From Mantamonas sphyraenae STR306 (lineage: Eukaryota > Protista > CRuMs): DNA of 64,000 nucleotides. Every line of letters starts with the position of its first letter. The first letter of the stretch is position 1. Below, in pieces: positions 31,380 to 42,914 of the stretch. The stretch covers positions 248,001-312,000 of the forward strand of contig JAPMXV010000046.1 in assembly GCA_026936335.1 (NCBI GenBank), read 5' to 3'. Under the pieces are notes generated by a model. The model was given only the letters and a program-made list of their open reading frames with translations, was not told the origin of the DNA and did no database searches. The position numbers were made by a program, and so were the translations under genes.

Positions 31380-34300
31380 TCCACCCCTGTCACCACGGTC
31401 TCCGCCACGGTCACCTCGGTCACCACGGTCTCCGCTGCCCTTGCGGTCGTCCACCTTTTGCCGTTTCGAGTCTTGCGACCGGTCTCGCTCCCGATCACGG
31501 TCGCGTCCTCCCCTATCCCTGTCCCTGTCCCTGTCCCTGTCTCCACGGTCGTGATCTCCACGTTCGCTCTTGCGCGAATCCCGGTTATCCCGAACGTCCC
31601 GGGTGTCCCGTCGCTCACCGCGTCCTCCGTCACGCATATCCCGCACGTCTCGCCCATCTCGTCGATCTCGTCCTCCTCCACCGCCTCCACCACCACGCGG
31701 CCCTGGCGGTGGCGGCCCTCCACGCCCTCCATCCCTGCCACCACCACCACCACATCCATCACGTCCATCACGCCCATCACGTCCATCACGTCCATCACGT
31801 CCGCGTGCATCTCTCCTATCCATAGGAGGAGGTGGTCCTCCCCCACCACCACGTGGTCCGTTTCGCTCCCGGTCTCGTTCACGATCCCGCATGTCACGTT
31901 CCCGGTGCTCTCGCTCCCGGTCGTGGTCTCGGCTTCGATCGCGCGGTCCGCCACGGTCCCGTGAGCTCTCCACGTCCATGCTGCTCGATGACTCCTTACG
32001 CGGGCCTCCATTCTGTGTGGAGCCCACCTTGGCCGCAGCACCTCCCTTTTTGCCATCGTCTGCGTTGCTATTCTTGTTACCTCCGCTGCTGCTGCTGCTG
32101 CTGCTGCTGCTCGCTGCTGCCTCCGCTGTGTTGCTCGCCGGTGCAGATTTTGCTTCTCCCGTAAACACAGCCATGCTGACCATTTTGTCCTCGACGCTGT
32201 TCAGCAGCGCGTGGTAGCGGTTGGCCAGCAGCCGCAGGTCCTCGCGCTCCTCATTGGCCGAGCGCAGTTTGCTCACCACCTCCATCAGCGAGGTGTAGTG
32301 CGGACGCGTGCGCGGCAAGGAAGAGACGATCTGCGAGAGAATCAGCAACGCGTTGCGCACTTCCATGTACTCCTTCGAGTGCAGGCACTTGAGAAAGGCC
32401 CCCACCATCTTGGTGTGCCACTTTGCCACCACCGATCGGTACTGGTTGTACGTTACGCTATGCATCACCCGCTTGCCCTCCTTGTCTGTCGTCACGTTTT
32501 GCCACCCGTGCTTGCCCTTGCACTCCTTGTGGAAGCGCGTGGCGTCGTCCCGCACGCGCATCATCTCCTCCATCGTCGTGCTCAGAAAGAGGCCGTAGCG
32601 TTTGGCCTCGTTTTCGGTCAGCGAAAAGATGATGCAGTTGGTCATTACCTTGTCGTAGTAGTGGATCGTCGACAGGTTCGGCACCTGCAGCGTCAACAGC
32701 ATGCGCATCACCTTGGCGCAGTAGTACGCGTCCTGCAGCGTGTACATGCAGCGACGCAGCACGCACGACTGTAGCAGAGACATGATCACTTCGCCGTAGC
32801 CCTGCGTGCCCTCAAACCACTCCTTGCACTCTGCACGCAGCGCACGCTTCACAGATGCGTAGTGCTCCTGGTGTGCCGTCATCTCTGCGCTCAAGGCCTG
32901 TGCCTTGTTGCGTGCCTCTGCCTTTTCCTGCCTCGTTTGTTCCTCTTGCTCAGCCGTGTAGTGGCCCTGCTTCTCCTTGGATGCAATCGCTCGATACTTG
33001 CGGATCTCGGCCGTGTACCGCTCCTCCGGAAAGTAGATGTCGTACAGGCTCAGCGACCAGAAGCGACGAAAGAACGCAGGGCTCATGCGCTCCCAAAGCT
33101 GTGCTTCAGGCAACATGCGCATCGTTGCCCAACCGTCCTCGCCGTCGTCTTTGCTCGAGGCCGCCACCTCGTCTTCCTCCATGGCGTCTGCCTTTTCCTT
33201 GGCCGCACCGTTGCCGTTGTTGCTGGGCACAGGAATGACCTGGTCCAGCGCAGGCTGCACCAGCTGGATGACTGTGTCAAAGTCCAGCTTGTAGTCGAGG
33301 CGCAGCTCCCGCACACTGGGCAGGGCCTTGACCACCTCGGCAGGCTCGCCCACTGTGTACAGGAACTTGGTAAACAGCACCAGAGTGTCCTGACACTTGT
33401 CTACCAGGTCGCCGATCAGCTTGATGTGCGACGTGCTGTTGTCGTGCACAATGCGATCCTTTGCCTGCGCAATGTACAGCAGCAGGAGGCCAATCAGGTC
33501 CTGCTTGCGCAGCGCATTCCACAAAGCAGTGGAACTGCGCTTGGTCGACCGCCCAGAGTCGTCTGCACTCACAATAGTGGCCTCCTTGATCAGCGCCGGT
33601 CCTCCCGCGCTGTTCTGCAGCTTCTCAAGAGACACGTCCTCTTCAAACTCCAGCCCAGACATCTTTTGCACCATTTCCGAGAGGAGCACCAACTCGAGGT
33701 AGCGTTCGCGGTGCAGCTGGTTCACCAGATACGTAAACACGGCGGTGATGTCCGTCTTGGGGTACTTGCGGTACAGGGAACCGGCAAACGCACACAAGCC
33801 CGAGTACCAGGCGGCAATGTTGGTGCCGTCGTCCTTGAGCTTGCTCTTGGACGTGGTAGCCAGCCTGTTGATGATCACAAACACAAGCGTGTCCGAGCCC
33901 AACAGATCGATGTAGCGCAGCGCCTCCACTGCAGGGTCGACCAGGTTCGGATACGACTCGACCTGGCCCAGCATGATGTCAAACGCAATCAAAGGATTCG
34001 CGTGGCTGACCTTGCCCAACATGCGAGCCATCTGCCTGCTCTTCTCCTTGGAGAGGCGTCGCAGCACCTTTTTCATCTCGCTGATGCACCAAGCCTTGGT
34101 GAACGACAACATGGCGTTGCCCGCATACTTCTTACGCATGTCTTCGTACATGGCAAAGCGTGCAGGGACGTCGTAGATGCGTAGCAGGTCCCACAGCTCG
34201 ACGCTGCTCGCGGTGTTGCCGTGCATCTGACTCAGCGCAGGCAGCAGGTTTTGCGTCACCACTGTGCGCGCAAACTCGCCCATCCACGAATCTACGCCCA

Positions 34301-36143
34301 ACTTGGCCAGGTTGAACTTGAGCACGCGGCACAGCTTGGCAAACAGCGAGACGTCGTGACACACATGGATGCCAAGCAGTTTCAGCAACGGCCCAGCACG
34401 CTCCTGCATCTCATCGACACTCGTGACCACACTCTTCTCGTTCCCTTCCAGTTTTGGCTTGCGCTTTTTGTGCCGCCAGACGCTGTGTGCGGCCTGCCAC
34501 GGGTCCCGAAGCACCGCCCATGCGCAGCGGGCTGGTTTCCACATACAACGGCTCCAGCATGTCACGCACAATGCGGCACACCTCCCGCGACACAGCCACA
34601 TGATACATGGGCTCCAGACTCTGCATCTGATCCATGAGGTTCAAGGCATGGTCCAGCTGGTTGGCCTGCAGCATACTCACAAGGATGCCCAGGTGTTGCG
34701 AGGCAAGCGTCACCGACGTGTCACGCACCACCAGTTCCGGCAACCGCTTCTTCAGATGTGCCGTCTTTGGGTTTGCGCTGTTGCTGCTGCTGCTTGACGA
34801 CGAAGAGGAGAGACTCACGGTGAAGAAGCTGCGCGAGGCCTTGCGAAACTCGGCCTGCTTGCTTTTCCACGCCTCTTCCACATCGGGTTCGGCCGGCCCC
34901 AGATGCGGATACAGCTGTTCGTACGACAACAGCTTTTCCTGGATCAGCCGCGCAGCCAGTTCGTACAGCGTGGCCGGTGTCGTTGCCACCTTGCTCCACG
35001 GCGCGTTGAAGAAGTTGCTCTCGTCCGTGTCCGAGGAGGAGGAGGAGGAAGAGGAAGAGGAAGACAACGTCGTGCGCTGACCCTCTTCCATGTCCTCGTC
35101 CTGTGCCGTCGTGTCAGCACCTGCCGGCGAGAGCAGCGCCTGCATGGCCTCGTGCTGTGCGCCTGCGTACTGTTGGAACTTGAAGCCCAGGATGTGGGGC
35201 AGCGAGTCCAGGCGGAAGAGTTGGAAGAGGTACAGGTAGGCGTTACAGTCCTGGTGTTGCTCAAAGATGTCCAGGAGGAGGTCAAACACGCGGTTGGGGT
35301 CGAGCTCAAAGAAGCCGATCAGCGAGCGCAGACGGTCGCACAGTTGGTCCAGCTGGTCGTCGGAGACGTTGGGCACGTTTGTCAACTCGTCCACCATCTT
35401 GGCCCAACCTTCGCTTTCTTCCCACAGCAGGTTGAATTTCGTCTGTGTGTAGTTCATGCGCGTGTTCAACTGGATCTCTTTGCGCTTGCTCAGCTTGGCG
35501 TTTTTCACAAGCCCCACAGCCTGCAACATGTCGTGTTCCAAGATACTCAACAGTGTGTTTTTGTCCACCTGCTCGTCTTCCTGCTCGTTTGTGTACCCCC
35601 AGGTACGCCGTCAGTCAGTGTGCCACGCAAGGGGTCACTCGATTTCCGGACGCTTCGCAACAACTCACCACCAGCGTCTTCAGCAGCTCCACCAGCGGTT
35701 CCCGAGACACTTCGCTGGATGCGCCTGCGTCTGTGGAGCGTGTGTGTGTGCATGCATTGTGCATATTCCACGAGGCGGATGTGAGTGTGTGTCCAGTGTC
35801 GGGACAGCCGCAACTCGTGCGACGTCCCCCTCTCGCATTTCGCATCACCCACCTGCCGTCCACACGGCGTCAGCAAGCAGCGACGACATTGCTTCCATGC
35901 CAATGTCCTGTATGAATGTGCGCAAAGGCCGTGCGACACCGTGTCGGAGTGGGGGGTCGTGTGAGCAAGCGCTGAGGGCCGATTGTGTGTGGTGTCGCTG
36001 TTCGTCGAGCCGAGCTCCCGTGTGCAACCCACCTCTGCCGTCTTGACAAGCACATTACTCGCCTCCTGCTGGTCCAACGAGCCGTGCAGGAGCTGGTCCA
36101 CGGCTTGCACCACGGCGTCGGTCTGCTGCTCGTCAATGTCCAT
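31350..36143 (-). CDS. THOC2: THO complex subunit 2; spliced, with a +1 frame break near 34467
   Basis: NYTQTKFNLLWEESEGWAK, LIGFFELDPNRVFDLLL, KLKDDGTNIAAW, FWSLSLYDIYFP, LTENEAKRYGLFL, EYMEVRNALLIL, and an RD/RG-rich tail; three 5' introns. Confidence 0.93.
31756..31802. repeat. 9-bp tandem repeat (ccatcacgt-like, about 5 units) encoding (GRD)n in the THO2 tail
   Basis: Directly visible; translates to GRDGRDGRDGRDGRDG on the minus strand. Confidence 0.85.
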
Positions 36144-36253
36144 GGCAAGCCAACAAAATTTTGGAATGGGTCGGCAGGCGAACTGTCCTCTTCATGTGTG
36201 TTGTGCACTCACCCACACGCCCAACCCATACACACTCGCACACACGCAGGCAC

Positions 36254-38179
36254 TTATCCAAGACCACGGTTGCGGATGGCGCGGTCGACACGCTGGACGG
36301 CCTTGACAAAGGTGCCCGTGCGCAGCGAGACGTTACGCTGCTTGGATTCGTGGCGAATCTGCTTAAAGGCCTCCACCATGGTTTCCTCAAGGCGCTGGTT
36401 GACCTGCTCCTCGCTCCAGCGGAAGAACTGGAGGTCCTGCACCCACTCAAAGAAGGAAACAGTGACACCGCCGGCGTTTGCGTAGATGTCCGGCAGCACG
36501 GTGATGCCGCGCTCATGCAGCATGCGGTCGGCCTCCGGGGTCAGCGGGCCGTTGGCAGCCTCGACCACGTACTTGCACTTGATCTCCGCAGCGTTGCCGC
36601 CATGCACGACCTCACCCACGGCAGCGGGCACCAGCACGTCGCACGGCTTCAGCAGGATCTCCTCGTTGTCGATGTGGCCATCGATGTCCTCAAAGTCGAT
36701 CAACTTCTTGCCCTCGGCCATGTGGGCGTTGAGGGCAGGGATGTCCAGGCCGGCGTCCTTGTAGATGCCGCCAAAGGCGTCGCTGACGGCGGTGACCTTG
36801 CCTCCGGCCTCGTGGTAGAACTGGGCTGCAAAGGAGCCCACGTTTCCGTAGCCCTGGATGACGTAGGTGTTGCCGCCCAGCTGCGAGCCGTCGGCCTCCA
36901 GCATCTCTCGCGTGCCAAAGACAACGCCACGGCCGGTGGCCTCGTTGCGGCCCAACGAGCCGTGCATAAACACAGGCTTGCCGGTGACCACGGCGGGCGA
37001 GTGGCCGTGGAACTTGGAGTACTCGTCAAAGATCCAGCTCATGTGCTGCGGTCCCGAGCCCATGTCCGGCGCAGGGATGTCGTGCAGCGGGCCAATGATG
37101 TCGTGGATGGCCTGCACAAACTTGCGCGTCAGCTGCTCGCTCTCGCGCTCCGACAGCGAAAAGGTGTCCACGGCAATGCCGCCCTTGCCTCCGCCAAAGG
37201 GAATGTCCACGGCGGCCGTCTTCCACGTCATCAGCGACGCCAGCGAGCGGCAGTGATCCAAGTCCGCGGTCGGATGGAAGCGCAGGCCGCCCTTGAATGG
37301 TCCACGTGCGTTGTTGTGCTGCACACTGCCATTGTCACGTACGATTCCATGTGTCAGTGCCTCCGCTCGACCCCTCACGCCGCCCTGTGCGCCGCGGCAG
37401 AGTTTGCACGAAAAAAAAAAGCAGGGTGGTTGTGTCACGCGAAAATTCCACGCACCGATGTCCGATCAACGTTTCGATCTCGCCGTTGTCCATGACCATG
37501 TTGATCTCGACGCTCATCTCGCGGGCAGGCGTCAACATCACCTTGCGCATGGCATCGGAGGTGTTGAGCTCGTTGAAGGCGTCCGTGAGCATTGCGTTGG
37601 TGTCCTCAAAAGCGCTGTGGGCTGCGATTTTGCAGACGCGCGGGCCGGCCGTTTGTGTCAGCCCGCTGTGGGCGAAAAAAAGGGAAGCGGATGGGGCATC
37701 TGCACAACGCCTGCGTCACGCGCATGGACTTGAAAGCACACTCACCATAGGCCTTGGAGCCATCGACAGCAGAGCTGGAGTATGGAGACATGGGGGACGA
37801 GCGTGGCGGTGCGGGTGAGCAAGGACGGGAACCGACAAAAGGATTTTCTGGGCGTTTTCCCTCTGCTGAAGCGGTAGAGTACGCCATGGCCAGAGGAGAC
37901 ACGCATGGACATGGGACACGGGACACACGGGACAGGTGTCGCGACACGCGGGACGGGACGGGAGCGTGCTGTGGGGGAACACGTACGAGACAGTGCGTGC
38001 CACAGCAGCAGTGCTGCGCACAGAGTGCTTGTTACCAATTCGAGCTACACAGGACAGGGCAGACACACATCGCAGAGTGGACGCCCGCAGCGCAGACACA
38101 GTCAACACACATACGCACGTAAACGGGGTCAGTACACAGGCAGGCATGTGGAGATCGCAAAAGAGCACGCACAGAACAT
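36254..38179 (-). CDS. GDH: NAD(P)-dependent glutamate dehydrogenase (about 50-kDa type) with probable mitochondrial presequence; 5 exons
   Basis: VQHNNARGPFKGGLRFHP, MTWKTAAVDIPFGGGKGG, DIPAPDMG, GGNTYVIQGYGNVG, PDIYANAGGVTVSFFEWVQ; reconstructed N-terminus MFSRIGNKHSVRSTAAVARTVSS. Confidence 0.93.
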
Positions 38180-38235
38180 TTGCGGTGGCGTGCCAGGCGC
38201 CGAGGCGCCTGCCCCGACAACCATTTTCCTCGACG

Positions 38236-39441
38236 ATGCCGCTCATTTACAGCCTTGTGGCACGTGGCAACTGTGTGCTGGCGGGTACGTGACAGCGAGG
38301 GGAGAGAGGAGTAGAGAGCAGCAGATTGTTGTTGTGTCGTGCACCTGGCTGGTGGTGACGCAGAGCGAGCGCGACACGGGAGGGCAGAATGTGCCGTCCA
38401 CCGTGCACGGTCTACCGGCTGCCACAATGGCACAGAGACACAAGCTTGGGTGGGACAAGGGAGCAACCACTCACATGGATGTTCTCGCGTGCAACCACGG
38501 CGCTTGGATGAACATACACACACAGAGTACACGACGACAAGCGGCAACTTTACAACCATCACTCGCCGCATCCTGGACAAAATCCCCTCGCAGGACAACA
38601 AGATGTCCTACGTGTACGACAAGTAGGTTGCTATGCATACGCTGAAGTGTGTGTGTCTGCGCTGCGCACTCTTCCTGCGCCACTGTGTGTCCGTGTACAC
38701 GCCAACGTGGCTGAAGGGAAACCGAGCGCCAGAGCTGAATTCTCCTCGGCATGGCGCAAACCCAAAGCCTGTACACAGCAGGGACGCACACGACGCTGAC
38801 ACCGTGCACCGCCAAACCCATGCGCACCGCTGTGTCCACACAGACACATCTTCCACTACGTGGTCTCGGACGGTCTGGTGTACCTGTGCATGGCCGACCA
38901 AGAGTTTGGCCGGCGCATTCCGTTTGCCTTTCTGGAGGACATCAAGAACCGGTTCAAGAGCCAGTATGGCAACCGTGGCAAGACGGCGCTGGCGTACGCC
39001 ATGAACGAGGAGTTCTCCAAGGTGCTGCAGAAGCAGATGGACTACTACAGCAACAACCCAAGCGCAGACAAGATCATGCAGGTGCGTGGAGAGATCGACG
39101 AGGTGAAGAACGTGATGGTGCAGAACATCGAAAAGGTGCTGGAGCGTGGCGAGCGCATCGAGCTGCTGGTGGACAAAACAGAGAACCTCAGCACACAAGC
39201 GTTCAAGTTCAAGAAGAGCAGCGGCCAGCTCAAGCGCCAGATGTGGTGGCAGAACGCCAAGCTCATGATCATCCTCGTCCTCGTCGTCCTGGCCATCATC
39301 TACTTTATCGTGGCGGCCGCCTGCGGTGGTCCCGCTCTGCCCTCGTGCATTCCCGCGGCCAGCACCAACGGCACCTCCTCCTTTGCCAGCAACGTTGTTC
39401 AGCACGTCCAACAAGGACTCCACGACGTCGTTGTGGGATGA
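38236..39441 (+). CDS. VAMP7: VAMP7-type longin R-SNARE; 3 exons
   Basis: MPLIYSLVARG..VLAEY, YLCMADQEFGRRIPFAFLEDIK, NIEKVLERGERIELLVDKT, KRQMWWQN plus TM helix. Confidence 0.93.
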
Positions 39442-39639
39442 TGTGCTGAGATGGAGAGACTGCGGTCATGGAGACCTGAGAGAAGGAATTGAAAGGACGT
39501 TTGCCCGGTCGGGTTTGTCTCCTTCTTGACGATGCATGCCTGGATTGCTTCTCAAGCCAACGTCGGTGTGTGCCTGTGCTGCTATGCAGTGTCTCTGATC
39601 CTCGGGGCTGGGGCTGGCTGCGTGTCTTCTCCCGCGCTC

Positions 39640-39651
39640 TTCCCGCCAAAA
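39640..39651 (+). promoter_or_regulatory. E2F-like site TTCCCGCCAAAA upstream of RPA3 copy 1
   Basis: Matches TTTSSCGS-type E2F consensus (TTTTGGCGGGAA on minus), 24 nt upstream of the ATG. Confidence 0.5.
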
Positions 39652-39675
39652 CAACACACGCACCACTCACTCGCC

Positions 39676-40151
39676 ATGGACAGCACTTCTCCTCGCGTCA
39701 CCCAGACACATCTCTCCAAGTACATCGGCAAGCTCGTGCGTGTCGTGGGCGAGGTCGTGGACAACAGCACCGGCCACAGTGTGACGCTGAACACAGGCGA
39801 CGGCCAGGTGACGGTAAACATCACGAGCAGCACGGGGATCAGCTCAAAGTACATCGAGGTGATTGGAATGGTGGGCGAGGACCTGTCTGTGAAGGAGTCG
39901 CGGGTGGTGGACTTTGGCAACGAGTTTGGTGAGTCGAAAAGGGCGGGTTGGCGAGTGAGTGATCATCGTTGTCAGGAACCGTGTGTGTTTTGCAAGCACG
40001 GGAGGGACAGGGAGGGGAGTGGGGGGTACGGAGAGGGCAGGGATGGGTGGAAGGGACATTGGCGCTGACGCAGAGAGGGTGTTGGAACACAGAGCTGGAC
40101 ACATACTGCAAGGCGGTGGAGCTGTCGCAAGACTTCCCCGATCTGTTCTGA
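39676..40151 (+). CDS. RPA3: Replication protein A 14-kDa subunit, copy 1; 2 exons
   Basis: SPRVT...LSKYIGKLVRVVGEV...SKYIEVIGMV...DFGNEF|ELDTYCKAVELSQDFPDLF; OB-fold RPA14 pattern. Confidence 0.9.
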
Positions 40152-40260
40152 AAACACAGGCTCGACCACCACCACCACCACCACCACATCGACATCCATG
40201 TGAGAAACACCCATCCAGAATGCACTTGTATTCTTTCGCCTTTGTTTTCTCTGCACGCTG

Positions 40261-42217
40261 CTAGACAAAGGTGTCCCAGTCCTCGTCGCCACCAAACAAG
40301 AGCAGCATCACGAGCTGCCGGATCCAGTCCCAGAAGTAGTTGTGGTAGAGAAGGTAAAAGGCTGTTCCCACGTTCAGCAGGATGAGAAACACCTCCAGAT
40401 CCAGGTTGCGCATCAGCCACTTCCAGATGCTGCCAAGCATCAACCAAAACCGAGCCACCATGGTTTTGCTGCCCTCCTTCAGCTTCTTCTCCAGTTTCCT
40501 GCCCCTCTCCCTCATTCCCTCTTTGTTCGGCGACGTCTCATCGCCACTTTTGTCGCCGTCTTCGTCGCTGGTGCCGTCCTCCGAGCGACTGCGACTGCGA
40601 TCGCTCGAGCCAAAGCGCGAGCGCAGAGCCTTGTTGCGCATGGATGCCACCCTGTGTTTGAGCACGACCTTTGTGCGAGCCAGGCCCTCAAACGTGCGCC
40701 CCAGGTTCTCCTCGAGCGAGTCCAGCGTTGCCACCGCACCCTGGCCGAGCATCTTGTCGCGTCGTCGCGAGCGTCGTTCCACACGCACCGTTTCGCCGCC
40801 AGACTCGAGCAAATCTGTGGAGGAGCCGTGTCGCAGGCGATGCTCGTGCAGGTCGTCCACCTCCATGTCGACGACGCGATGCAGGCCGTCGTAGTACTGG
40901 TGCAACAGGTCCAATTTCTCCCGATCCACCTGCGTGTCGTCGTGCACACCCATCTCCATACCCATGACCACTTCACCGTACAGAATGTGGTCGGTGCTGG
41001 CCTCGCGCAAGTCGCAGACGAGGTACGAGGAGTTGCCTGGCCAGGAGCAAATGACACCGTCCTCGTCTGCCGTCCACACCTCACATCCAACGGCCAGGAT
41101 GCGTACCACGGGAGCACTGTGTGCCTGAAAGTGCGTCACCAGCTGTTTGCTCTCGGCGTCGACAATGTACACGGAGCCGTTCTCGCTGCCCAGCCACAGC
41201 TCCTTGCGCCCTCGCAGCGGCTCGTCTGCGGGCACGTCCAGAAACACATGGTCGTCGTAAATGGACGACAGTGGCGCATACACCACAGCCAGACACAACG
41301 GATGTGTGCTCACGGGCACAAACGTCTTTACGCCGCAGGCCTTGGCGTCCCACACGCTCACACCGCCCACGTGCGCACACCACACTTCCCCTTGCTCCTC
41401 CAGGTCGGCCATGCACAACACGCTGCCATACGGCGACGCAAACTTGCCCACCTTTTCCACTTGCGACCTCTGTGAGTATGCAAACACGTGCACCATCTCG
41501 TCCTCGTCGCCCGCCAGCCACACCCTGTTGCTGGCCGTTGTCAGCTTGGCCCGCACTTCTCCCTTTTTGCGCCATTTCTTCGCAATGCTCATCTTGGAGC
41601 TGCCCTTTTCCGACCCCTGAGTGTTCATCGGCCATGTACGGTGTGACCATGGTGCAACGGGTGTGTGTGTGTGTGTGTGTGAGTTTGTTGTCAGCGTGCG
41701 TGTCTGCCACCGCGGGGTGGCGCGCCCTCTTCACGCTCCGTGTTGCCACCCTACTCACCGCATAGTTGACCAGTGAAGAGCCGACAATCAACCAGTAGTC
41801 GGCCACGCCCACGCCTCGCAGGATCCCCTGCGATTCCTTGCTGACCATCCACGTGTTGAGAACTTTGGGCCGCATCGCTTGCGCTGTTGAAAACACAGTC
41901 AGCGAACCGTCGCCCAGCGCGTAAACGTGCCCATCATTCATGGCCACCATGTCCAACACGTTGGGTTTCACTGGTTGCAGGTGGTGCACCTTGCTCCCTC
42001 CGAGTATGCCTCTATTGCTCCACAGCGTGACTCCTTTGGCGTTGCTCGTCCACACCGTCTCTTCCCCCACCGCTATCATGCCCGTGATCTTTCCCCCGCT
42101 CACACAGTCCTCGTGCGTGGCAATGGGCTCGAACGAGCACAGTGCCCCGACTCCCTTCTGGTGTGTACGGGTTGAAATGGTGAGCGAAAAGGTTGGCTGT
42201 GTCCGTGCGAGCATCAT
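40261..42217 (-). CDS. WD40-like beta-propeller protein with C-terminal TM region; 2 or more exons; start uncertain
   Basis: ELWLGSENGSVYIVD, FQAHSAPVVRILAVGCEVWTADEDGVICSW; intron about 41617-41758; hydrophobic C-terminus. Confidence 0.65.
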
Positions 42218-42337
42218 CTTGGTGGCAAACGTCAGGTGTGTTGGTTCGATGGAATGGGTCAGATGCGGGAGAGCCTCGCATCAGTGTGTCTCCTGATCCT
42301 CGGGGCTGGGGCTGGCAACGCGTGTTCTCCCGCGCTC

Positions 42338-42349
42338 TTCCCGCCAAAA
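42338..42349 (+). promoter_or_regulatory. E2F-like site TTCCCGCCAAAA upstream of RPA3 copy 2
   Basis: Same motif and spacing as copy 1. Confidence 0.5.
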
Positions 42350-42373
42350 CAACACACGCACCACTCACTCGCC

Positions 42374-42849
42374 ATGGACAGCACTTCTCCTCGCGTCACC
42401 CAGGCACATCTCTCCAAGTACATCGGCAAGCTCGTGCGTGTCGTGGGCGAGGTCGTGGACAACAGCACCGGCCACAGCGTGACGCTGAACACAGGCGACG
42501 GCCAGGTGACGGTAAACATCACGAGCAGCACGGGGATCAACTCAAAGTACATCGAGGTGATTGGGATGGTGGGCGAGGACCTGTCTGTGAAGGAGTCGCG
42601 GGTGGTGGACTTTGGCAACGAGTTTGGTGAGTTGAAAAGGGAGGGTTGGCGAGTGAGTGATCATCGTTGTCAGGAACCGTGTGTGTTTTGCAGGCACGGG
42701 AGGGACAGGGAGGGGAGTGGGGGGTACGGAGAGGGCAGGGATGGGTGGAAGTGACATTGGCGCTGACGCAGAGAGGGTGCTGGAACACAGAGCTGGACAC
42801 ATACTGCAAGGCGGTGGAGCTGTCGCAAGACTTCCCCGATCTGTTCTGA
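42374..42849 (+). CDS. RPA3: Replication protein A 14-kDa subunit, copy 2
   Basis: Same gene structure; two amino-acid differences from copy 1 (QTHL/QAHL, GISS/GINS). Confidence 0.9.
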
Positions 42850-42914
42850 AAACACAGGCTCGACCACCACATCGACATCCATGTGAAAAACACCCATCAA
42901 ATACATTCTTGCTC

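Larger units (their letters stand above)
39587..40215 (+). repeat. Copy 1 of about 0.62-kb direct duplication (partner about 42282-42898)
   Basis: Near-identical sequence across promoter, both exons, intron and 3' flank. Confidence 0.92.
42282..42898 (+). repeat. Copy 2 of about 0.62-kb direct duplication
   Basis: Near-identical to 39587-40215. Confidence 0.92.

Noticed and set aside
42373-42376. Possible shared CATG between RPA3 copy 2 and the WD40 gene (similarly 50417-50420 for RTF2)
   Set aside because: I could not find a convincing in-frame splice from the minus ATG into the WD40 ORF. At 50419 the minus ATG opens only an 8-codon ORF out of frame with the signal peptide.
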